A stretch of DNA of 64,000 nt from Antedon mediterranea. Its lineage: Eukaryota > Animalia > Echinodermata. Positions 52,986 to 64,000 of this stretch are shown in pieces. The stretch is taken from assembly GCF_964355755.1 (NCBI RefSeq), contig NC_092680.1, positions 2,728,001 to 2,792,000 of the forward strand, written 5' to 3'. The notes beneath the pieces are model-generated. The model saw only the letters and a program-made list of their open reading frames with translations, had not been told where the DNA came from and did not search any database. The position numbers and the translations under genes were made by a program. Within the stretch, counting starts at the first letter, position 1. Each line of letters starts with the position of its first letter.

Positions 52986-55732
52986 CTCGGAACTTGATAG
53001 ACTTAATAGTCATAGTTACAGAGTTTTACGGCATTTTATCATTGTTCAATGTTTTGTTGTTAGCTTATTGTTAAAATTGGTAAAAGAAGTAAGTCTGGCG
53101 CCAACGAATTTAGCGACCTTCACAACCAAAATATTTAAAAAGATTATTTTAAATGGAACGCTACAAAAACAATCCTCCGCTTCATCACTGCATAAATACC
53201 AGACAAGGTCGTATCTTTGTTACGTTTTAAATCAATCCATTTCGATATCACGCAATCCATTTTTCAACAATGGTAGTATAATAATTTTTGATTGAATAGT
53301 GAGGGATTAGTTACAGTGTGTTACCATTGGTAATTTACTGAAAATCCAAAATGAACTTGTGTTATAATACAAGCAATAAAAACTATCACAATTACCTCTA
53401 ATGGATCAAGCATTCACATATGAACTTTGCGACAAAACAAAAATAGCTTATAAATATATTCATTCCTTTTAAATATTAGGCATATTAACAGAAGGCAGCC
53501 AACGGCTGAACAATTCTGCAAACAACGTACGGTACACAGTAAAAAAATGTAAAAGACTCTAACAACAATATAATACAGTACAAATATAACAAAATATAGC
53601 AAAATAGTCAACAAAATATTGATAATAAAATACAATCATTTTAAAGTTAATATTGTGCCTTAAAAGGGGTTATTTGATTGTCAATTGGCTGTGTTTACAA
53701 AGGGCTGCCACACACGCTATGGCTATACCATATTCTTTGGCTATACTAGAAGAGCAGCAGCTGGAAAGATGACAGCACAAGTGAAGAATCTCTTTTTCTA
53801 ATTATTACACATTATTTAGGCCTACTATTAAATATTGTTTTTTTATTAACTATATTTTTTTACATAAAAATTGATTTGTTTAATAAAAGAAACCATTTGG
53901 TTTAGCGACGTTAATTGCTGGTTTGAGGAACGCGATCGCGCAGGCGATCCGTAAAAATGATGGACTGATCGCTTTCGGAAATTCCCTTTTATTGTGTAAA
54001 AAGAGTGATGGTCACAAATAGGAGACCTAGCTACGCAAGAAGGATCAAGTGATTAAGCAAGGAGTTCTTAATTAGAACTCCCTATGTAAGCAGGCCTAGA
54101 ACCATACCACACACCACAAGTGGCGAACGTCCCCTACGAAAAGCAACACGTGCGCAGTGTAACTAAAATGAACTAACTTTTTTTGCGGGGCTAATACTAA
54201 TAGAGACGGCAAATGATGTAAAATCACGAATTTTCTTTGTAAAATAAATTGAAAATACACTGGAAACGGCGGGATTACTAGCCTAGCTATTTTATGATAC
54301 GATCTTGCTATTTAGTAATAAAAGTAATATTTGCCTGCTGGCTATATACTACAGAAAATGCACAAAATCATCATATGGGCTAGGCCTATGCCTAGGCTAG
54401 TCTGGTTTGAAAGGGCACTTCAGGAAAAAGGGGGTTCGTTCGAACCCTACGAACCCCCCTGGCTACGGGCTTGATTTATCCTTTCCGACGGGGTGCAATC
54501 GATCCTCTCCGCATTTTTTACTTGTACTTTATTTTTTATTTTTAAAATTTTATTAAAACTATAATTCCATAACCTAACTCCAGTAAATATTGATAGATTT
54601 TTTTTACAAATGTTGGTAATGTAATTTATTTAGTCTTTATTTTATCGCTTAAAAAATCACTTATTACCATAGTGCGCATATTTTGTTTTTGTTCCAAAAA
54701 CCATCTGTTTTCCATGATAATGAAACAGGTGGAAGAGAAGTCTATTTATAAACAGTGTCCTTTCACAGTGACCGCCATCAGTAGCACAAATCACCATCTA
54801 CACATTACATAGGTCAGATATGAGTGGTGTTTTGGCGCCATTCATGTTGTGACGAGATCTTGCGAAATTCCACGTTTTATAATGTTTATAATGTCTGCGC
54901 TTAAAAATCATTACTATGCACTGTGTATTGTTATTGTTCTCAAAACAACCATCTGTTGCCCATGGTAATGAAATCAGATTTGCCAAAATTATTTGAAACA
55001 TAAAAAATACTTTAAAAACTCCAATATTTGTTATGGTCCAAAACTTTGGAATTCTTTAGAATCCTCCCTCCTGGCTACTCAATGTTGAACACATTCAGTT
55101 AGGTCTCTCCATCTCTATTTCAGTGTATTGCAGGTAAAAAGTTTAACATTTTTGTATTGTTTTGTTCTTTTCTCATGCCATAATGTACTTGTATCTTAAT
55201 TTAAGTTCATTTATATTTCGTGTGTGGAGAATAACATTAACAAAGATAGCATATAGGCCTAGCTGTAAAGATATCTCTATAATTCAAACTAAACTTTCTA
55301 GTTAAAACTGATTAATCTGTCTAGTTAAAACTAAATATCTCTCTAGACATCGTTCTAGAAAAACATATCTATTTAAAAACAACAAGCATTCTCTCCAAAT
55401 AGGCAGTTGTTTGGCTCGCCATATGAATCTCTTACGTCTGTATTTGTTGTTGTCTTTCGTGTGAACCCACCTTTATTATTTCCACTCTTTTTCTTCTTTT
55501 TTTTCTACTTCTTACAAATAAGTTGAAACCAATAATAAGAATATGTTAAAATGTTAAAAGGTTTAAATACTTAATTTATAGAAATTGTATTCTGGGCCTA
55601 TACCCATGACTTTAAACAATGCATTAAAATAATGTTTTATACATAAACAAACAATAAAAATTTGGCTTCAACGATACAAATTGTAACCATAACAAATATA
55701 TTTAAAACAAATTGTAAATTGGTTCAGAGCCA

Positions 55733-56945
55733 TCGGGTTGGTGAACATCAGTCCAAAATACGCAGATTTTTTTCCAAAATACGTCAAGTTGAGGGCGCTA
55801 TACTAATCCAAAATACGCGAGTCTTTCCAAAATACGTTGACTTGAGGGCGCTATTCATTTTCCAAAATACGCGAATTGTCCAAAATACGTCAAGTTGAGG
55901 GCGCTATAAATTATCCCAAATACATGAATTGTCCAAAATACGTCAAATTGAGGGCGCTATTTATTTCCAAAATACGCGATTTGTCCAAAATACGTCAATT
56001 TGCAATTTGGGACCGCTAGTAATTTTCCAAAATACGTCAACTTGAGGGCGGCAAACTTTTTTTCCAAAATACTAGAGCCTTTCCAAATGTATCATATTGA
56101 GAGTGTAAGGTAAAATTACAGTTTAATGTATTAAAAAAATGTTTCTTGGAATAAAACAAACAAGTACATTTTAGTTATAAATGAAAGTATTAGAAGGCAT
56201 ATTTTTTTGTAAATAAAATGTCATAGAGTAGGCAATTATTATTTTTCAATGTAATCATTTATTACTGAAAAACAACAAATATATGCCAACATCAGTCAAT
56301 AGACAGTGCCTATAATATACGTTAATAATGTCTGAACGATGTACGATTGCATTGCCAGACGTAGCTAGTTTAAATGCGGCATAAACCGGCTACAAAACCA
56401 GCATGTACGTATATAGTATTTAAGTATAGTCATAGGTATGTGTTATATATTTGGTGATCTACAAAATCGATATTTTTTCCGAGCTCGACAGGCCAACATC
56501 GCTTTCAATTTAATGTACAGTACTTATGGTCTAATAAGTTACCTAATCTGAAATCTAACATAATAATTATTTCATATAATATATAATAATAAAAAGCATG
56601 GTATTGTGATTAAAATAATATCAATAATTAATTGGTTAGAAGAAGTAAAGGAGTTATTTAAATTGCGTATTTTGGAAAATGAATAGCGCTCTCAAGTTGA
56701 CGTATTTTGGAAAATTACAAGTGGTTCCCAATTGACGTATTTTGGACAAATCGCGTATTTTGGAAAATGACTAGCGCCCTCAACTTGACGTATTTTGGAC
56801 AATTCGCGTATTTTGGAAAATGAATAGCGCCCCCAAGTCGACATATTTTGGAAAGACTCGCGTATTTTGGATTAGTATAGCGCCCTCAACTTGACGTATT
56901 TTGGAAAAAATTCTGCGTATTTTGGACTGAATTTCACCAACCCTA
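55733..56945. mobile_element. hAT-like MITE with arrays of subterminal CCAAAATACG repeats just upstream of XDH
   Basis: TIR gggttggtgaa..cagtccaaaatacgcaga and its complement; ~300-bp mirrored arms of ccaaaatacgtcaagttgagggcgcta; no TSD evident. Confidence 0.75.
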
Positions 56946-57081
56946 TTGCGTATGAATTTGGTTTGTAGTACAGCGCCGCCAACGAATTAGCGCATTGGAA
57001 AACCATATGATAGATAATACGTTGAGCACAAGAATCATTCATATTTGTGTATTGACCTAGACGAGTTAAATATCCAAAAAA

Positions 57082-60000
57082 ATGTCAAAAAAGGAGGAGA
57101 CAGAGTTCATTTTCTTTTGTAATGGACGGAAGGTGGGTAAAACTTATAAGTAAAATAACTTTAACTTATTGTAATTATTCAATGTGGATCCTTTTTTAAG
57201 GAATTATTTGTCATTTCAATTTCTTTATCTATAATTTTCAGATTGTTGACCTAAATATTGATCCCAGTATGACGTTACTCAGTTACCTGCGTCGAAAATG
57301 TATCCTTATTACAACAAAATCGTAACCCAACTAATAACATATTTTGTATATACATAAATATTAGTAACAACTATTAGGTTTCACATTTAAACAGATATAT
57401 ACTGTACATATACTATTGTTTTTACTACTTTGCGGAATTTGTTTCATGAATGCATGTATTATAAGGGACCCTTGCACTTTATTTATATACACGTGTTATA
57501 ATTTCATTTTCATTTTATAGTTGTAGTCTCTCGACTATATATTATATGTCAACCAATATATGTCAATTGTTAATGTTATGATATAATATTTTTGGTCAAT
57601 AAATGTTTCTTGAATGAATGAATGAATTTGACCAACAAACCATAAGATAAAATATACAGAGATAAATTGATAAAGGACTGTTAAAATAAATAAGATTACT
57701 GTAACTACAAGAGTAGCAGTCCCTCTGAATAATAGTCTAAGGACAATGCTACAGTGTATTTAGAGCAACCAAGCGTATCCGTCGTTGTCCACTATCAAGT
57801 AAGTTTGACCAGACCACTATCAAGCCATGACCATACTTGACCATACAAAATATAATACAGTACATAATACAAAAACATTGGCACAGGGCAGAGCAGAGCA
57901 ACACATTACCCTTTGCAGCAAATTAAACAAAAACAATAACAGAACAAAAAAAAAACATTTTACGGAATATATCATTATTATCTGTTGGATCACTGAGTTT
58001 ATTGTATATTAGACCAGTGTGAGAGATAGCACTTTTTAAGGTTGACTAAGTCGTGACAATTGTTTAGACCTTAATTACTTTTCAGTGGGGCTAACAGGAT
58101 CCAAGCTAGGTTGTGGTGAAGGAGGATGCGGTGCATGTACTGTTATGGTGTCTAGTTATAATAAATTGACAACAAATATAACGTAAGACAACTACAACTA
58201 GTAGACTGGCCAAATAACTATATGTAGTATTTTGTATTTGTATTCAAAGAAATATATCAAATATGGCTAATTGTGGCCTACGTCTTTTCAACGTTATATT
58301 TTAACTAAGGTTACAGTAGTGATAATAAGAAAAGTTTTTTAAGATTATATCAGCATAGTAAATCAGAATAAAAATCGTTGATTTGACGGAAATAATCAGT
58401 AAGGTCACGCAATGTAACAAATTAATAATTATTATAATGGACCAGAATGGACACTTGCCAGTTAAACCCCACTTATTTTTTATACAGTACCGGTATATAA
58501 AATGTAAAATGAACAATTGTATTAATTTGGCAACCATCTCGCTGTGACTGACATTAAAAATTAATTACTAGAATATACGCGTGAACTACTACTGGTCAGT
58601 AACAGTATCTTTAAGATCTAGGCCTTCACAAAGCCGCAATAAAGCTAAAACGGTTGAAAAAGTCATTCAAGAATAAATTAGAAAATACAATTAATTAGGG
58701 ATTAGGGTGAAGATATAATCTGTAGGCCTACACTACACCAAATACACACTGCACAATAATGGGAAATGCATTAGTGTAGGCCTACTAAAGTTGAATGACA
58801 ATTAATTATTATTGAATTACAGTCGACTCCGCCTAAGTCGAATTCGCGTAAGTCGAAAAATCGCGAAAGTCGAATGTTTATGAAAGTCCCAATTCTTTCC
58901 TATACATTACACTCATTTTCAACGTATCTACGATGCATGGTCAAGTTGGTAAGTCACGGTCAATGTGCATTGAACCGTATAGGACAATTTATTTTTGCAG
59001 TCACGTAGCCGTAAACGCATGTTTGACAACAGTATGCCAAGTGTACCTGACGTCAGTAACAACTGTAGAGGGGATTGGAAGTATAGAAGACGGATTACAT
59101 CCAGTTCAGGTGTTTGTAAATGCTAATACTATTATAAAACTTTTAAACCAATATTTGCTTTAAAAAGCGTGAATCACTCTTTTTTTCGTTGTGGACAACC
59201 ACTGCAATTTGTTTATTCTACGTAAAATACTATTTTTATTTGTTTTCACATTTATACATCCAACAGCCAAGGACAATAGCAGGCTTTCTTAAAGACACAT
59301 TACAAATATATATTTAAAAAAAAACACAGAACAACAACAACAAGACGAAAACAACAGGCAGAAAAGTTACGAATAAAAACGGTTAAAATTTTAAAAATTA
59401 AAAGTTATATACACATACAGTATTTATTCAATTTAAATTAATAAAGGTTTTGACCATTGCAGCATCTGGATGATGGTGTGTTCCCATTCTCATTGTTAGA
59501 CTATGTTTTACAGTAGTATCATAAAATTAATCGTACATACATGTAATTCATGTTTTATGTAAAGGAAAGGATAGCAAAAGCACATGGTTCTCAGTGTGGC
59601 TTCTGTACCTCTGGCATCGTCATGTCTATGTACACCCTCCTGAGAAACAACGATCAACCATGTATGCCAGACATTGAAGACGCCTTTCAGGGCAACTTAT
59701 GCAGATGTACTGGTTACCGACCAATCTTGGAGGGATACAGAACTTTTACAAAGGTAATATCATTAAAAAATAAAATGGAATCGAAATCTGGCTAGCAACT
59801 ATTGCTGATAACGTGATATTTTGGTTTGCCTATTTAAACAGAAGGAATTCGTTCTTTTGTTCATTTGTTACCATTTTTACAAAACACCGAATTTTCCTAT
59901 TTTATATTTTCTATAGAATAAATAATTGTCCCTACCAATGATCCTATATAAGATCATCAATCATATGAACACTGAGCGTTAACATTGTAGTGTTTTTGTA

Positions 60001-63000
60001 TTCATCTGTGGAAAATTACTTCCATTTATTGTCATATGCATATAAAATATACATAGAAATCTGACTGAACAATACTTTTATAGATTTAATCGGTTTGTAA
60101 AATTATTGTTTATGCTAATCTTCATGAGTGTGTGTTATCGTTAATAATATTTTGTTTTAAACCAAGCCCTTTGTAATTTGTAACTGTATTGTTTTCATTA
60201 ATTTCATAACGTCGCAATCAAATTAAGGTTTTTAATTCCAAAGGAATCAGAAATTAATGGTATTGGATGCAAAACGAATTGCAAAACATGTTGTCAGAAC
60301 AAAAAAGGATCGAAAAAAGTTTGTGCAAATGGAAACACACAAAGCTGTAAATCCAACAGTGGAATCAATGGAGTAAGTATCATTGATAAGTGACAACTGT
60401 AAAAACAAGAATTTTTTCTTACTATAACAACCTTCTACATGCATCTCAATATTTATCAGCAAAAGTTTTCATAGAATCTCTTTTCCCAGACGTGGTTTGG
60501 GGTGTGCCCAGCCTGAGTTTCCAAATACCCATTTTTTCAGCCGTAGTAAACTTTAAGCTACCGCATGATAACTGTTTCCTAATGTTTCCATTCTCTTGAA
60601 TATACCTGCCTAAAGGAGCTATATATAATTGTTTATAATAACAGTCTAGCCCATGAAGGCGTGTTTAGTAAGTTTGTAATGTCTTGAGTTCAATTACTCC
60701 AGGCCTACTATGTGAATTACGATAACGGCTTTAGAACGTAAAAATACCCCTTATTTATAAGCAAAACAACTATCCCATATTAAAGGTTGGTTTAGTGTTA
60801 TGGTACGAATAGTTCTAGAATAAGATAAGATCTAATAAATGTTTTTTCCTTCTACACATGTTTTGCACAAAGAAGAAGAAGAAACTTGATTAATCCATGG
60901 GTCAAACTTTGAAGGTTAACTTTCTTAAAAGATTATACAATGTTCGGCAAATAAAACAATACGCTTTCTTTTACAGATTTCAACAACTTTGTTTCAACCA
61001 TCTGAATTTACATCGTATGACTCTACAAAAGATATCATGTTTCCACAAGAGCTTATTTTGGTAAATATCAAACCTTTATTGTATAAAGCTTGTTTCTCAC
61101 TAGCGACGCAACGTAACGCAACCTACGTAACGTAAGAAAATGCCCTTCCAATAATTGTGTTTGTCCCTGCCTGCGTGAAATCAAACCTGCGATGTTTGTA
61201 GCATGCACTGTTGCGTCGTCGGTTCCCACTTGTGATTACGCAATACGCAATACATCGCTGCGTTGCGTCGCTAGTGGGAACCACACTTTAGATTATGTAT
61301 GACGTCTCCTCAATCATGTTTTTGTTTCCATTTCAATTTCCTCAAGATGATAGAAAATGAAAAGCCAATGCCTGTGCGCTTTACGTGTAATGACGCCACA
61401 TGGTTACGACCCGTAAATCTTCAACAGATGCTAGATATGAGAAAACGGTTTCCAGACGCAAAAATTGTTGCAGGAAATACGGAAGTTGGTTAGTATCAAA
61501 TTCTGCATATGTCATTGATTGTACTGACTATACTGACAATCATCTAGGTTCGATGTACGTGGTGTTTTAATGCATTTTATTTCTGTTACTAGGTTTGTAC
61601 AGTATGTAGAGACAATGTATAAAATCCCACTTAAAATCCGTATTTCACACTGGCATATTCGGATATTTTTGTATATTAGGAGTTGAAATACAACAGAGAA
61701 AAATGATATATCCCGTAACAGTTTCGGTTGCCCACGTGACTGAATTAAACATTATTGAGTTGTATGACGAAGGTGTAAGAATTGGAGCATCTGTAACGCT
61801 GTCACGAATCGACACATTCCTAAGAGACACGATAAAGAAGACCCCAGGTATTAATATTATGCATAAAATATCCAGGTGACTATGTACAGTGGCGTACAAT
61901 GGTTGTGCTGGGACGGGGTGGTTAAGAATTGCTATACTGTGTGCAAGATAAAGCTTGGTTCCCACTAGCGACGCAATCTACACAACGTAAGAAAATGTCC
62001 TTCCAATAATTGTGTTTTCCTCCGCCTGCGTGAAATCAAACCCCTTTGCGTTCTAGTGGGACCCGTACGCTTTAGAATTATGACGTCGACGATCTATATT
62101 TTATAAAATGCTGAACCAGACATTTGAATGAAAACTCTAATAATAATAATTTAACATTATTATTATACCTCAAGACTTAAGAAACTACAAAATAAATTAA
62201 CCACAAACTCAATTGTTTGTGTTTGTTGAATTCTTCTACTTTACAGATTACAAATGTAAATCGTTAGTTGCAATTGTCGATATGCTTCACTGGTTTGCTG
62301 GACAGCAAATTAGGAACGTTGCAGTAAGTTTATCCGCGGAAATAAAAAGTGTCTTTTGCGCTTGCGTATTCATATCCCACTTTTTGCAATACGTAAAACT
62401 TCACAAAACCAATCACAGGATTATGAGTATGCTACTCGCTCTCTGCAAATATTTGTGTATCTCTTAAGCTCTGTTTATCACATTTTATGGACATGATGTC
62501 ATATCACTAATATATTTGGGAATATCAATACCATATTCAAACTAGTTTGATAAGTGTAGACAGAGCTTTAGTGTCTCCTGTTCTCTTTTCTTTTTGAATA
62601 TTTTCATCAACAAACCATGCCTTAAATATTTATTTTAGGCTGTTGGTGGAAATATAATTACCGGAAGTCCAATATCTGATTTAAATCCAATATTCATGGC
62701 TGCCGGGAGTACGCTCGAGTTTGCTGACACCGATGGTAATGTTCCAATATTGTTCGGCTAATGTTTTTTTTAATTATTATTATTCTGGCCCTTCCTTTAA
62801 TAATAATAATTCATGCTTATATTATTCAATTCCACGTACAAAAGCCTATTGATGAAACATATGAAGCCTACTAATTAGCATAAATTATAATTATTTCATG
62901 ATACACATTCAAATGTTATTAGGAGTTCGGCGTATGGTCTCAATCAAAAATGATTTTTTTACTGGCTATCGGAAGAATTCTATGAAGGAAAATGAAACTC

Positions 63001-63712
63001 TGATTTCAATTACTGTACCTTTTACAAAGCAAGTAAGTTTTTTCGAAAGAAATCATAGTTCGACTTAATTATTCTATACAAACTTACAACCAAGGGATAC
63101 TGTTCATATTAAGATCGTTTTATAGATCTTTTTCTCTTTCTTTAGCTAATATTTTATTAAGGTCTAACGAAAATATTATTTCTTAGATATGATCTTGTAG
63201 GCCTATTTGAAGTCCATAAGCCTTTTTCAAAGTGTTACATTGTCAATTATTCTGTAAAGGTTTCATCTCTGTTGACTAATGCAGTATCTGTATTGTGTTT
63301 CTAATGAAATGCAAAAACAAAACCCCAAAAACTCTGGATTATAATTGTAGTGTGATTAGCAATAAAGAGAATAGTCTTCATCTACAGCATAACATAAATA
63401 ACTACTATCGTGATACGAATGATTAAAGATGGCTCATAGGTATGGGGCGCCGAACATGTCACCACAATGTTTATAGAGTTCAACCATACACAATTTACAT
63501 ATATTTGTTATTTTTCTTTTTCACAAAATAAAGACAGAATATTTTAAGGCGTTTAAACAAGCACATCGACGCGATGACGACATAGCAATTGTCAATGCTG
63601 CATTCAGAGTGGACTTCGACGAGAATACCATTAGAGACTGCACACTCGCATTCGGTGGAATGGCACCAACAACAAAACTTGCAGAGGAAACCATGAAATT
63701 GATGATTGGAAG
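57082..63712 (+). CDS. XDH: Xanthine dehydrogenase/oxidase, 5' part with Fe-S and FAD domains (exons ~57082-57132, 57242-57299, 58086-58182, 59001-59109, 59565-59753, 60244-60373, 60977-61060, 61347-61488, 61680-61847, 62248-62323, 62639-62736, 62923-63032, 63534-63712); continues right of the window
   Basis: [84 protein letters not shown] and RRDDDIA; the last motifs favour XDH over aldehyde oxidase. Confidence 0.92.
57300..58085 (+). other. U12-type (minor spliceosome) GT-AG intron, XDH intron 2
   Basis: Donor GTATCCTT; branch sequence CCTTAAT at 58069-58075, about 10 nt before the AG; short pyrimidine tract. Confidence 0.88.
58818..58910. mobile_element. Tc1/mariner-type terminal fragment
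   Basis: ta|cagtcgactccgcctaagtcgaa with repeated aagtcgaa motifs. Confidence 0.5.
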
Positions 63713-64000
63713 GTACGACAGGGATCATAATAATAATAGTTTATTTTTAGCACATAAGCAAGCTGTCAATGCACTGCACATAATTACACCAGTCATTTTG
63801 GATTATACACATATGGAAACATACTCCCATAATTATGTCAATAACATCAAGGTGTGCATATCGCAATAATTATTTTATTAGACCATTAGACTAAAATCTT
63901 TAAAAATAATTATACAAAGTGAATTTACAAGTTTTAAAATGTTACTGATGAAGTTGATCAAAATTTAAAAAAATGTAATAATAATGAATTATGATGATGA

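Noticed and set aside
46587-54473. Matching inverted termini CAAGCCCGTAGCCAGG suggesting one 7.9-kb nested composite element
   Set aside because: The flanks give no TSD (tttgtgat vs atttatcc); two independent MITE halves are equally likely.

Overview
AT-rich, intron-containing animal genomic DNA, most likely an invertebrate deuterostome such as an echinoderm (inferred from gene and repeat content). Seven spliced protein genes are reconstructable: a partial type II membrane protein (-), a START-domain protein (+), DEK (+), PSMA4 (+), KLF10/11 (-), ornithine decarboxylase (-) and the 5' part of xanthine dehydrogenase (+). Many MITEs, SINE and LINE fragments, satellites and a decayed Academ transposon lie between and within them. 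The main result is the ODC locus, most of which the ORF track misses. Its 5' leader holds a spliced, AUU-initiated 47-codon uORF ending EPEWDPS*, a variant of the polyamine-sensing uCC. Its introns hold six snoRNAs: four SNORD103-like C/D copies and two H/ACA copies with no target I can assign. Also found: a minimal hammerhead ribozyme in a PSMA4 intron, a U12-type intron in XDH, a four-fold tandem duplication of a splice donor, and KLF-ODC adjacency resembling vertebrate KLF10-AZIN1. All calls are by-eye reading and manual translation; no searches were run.
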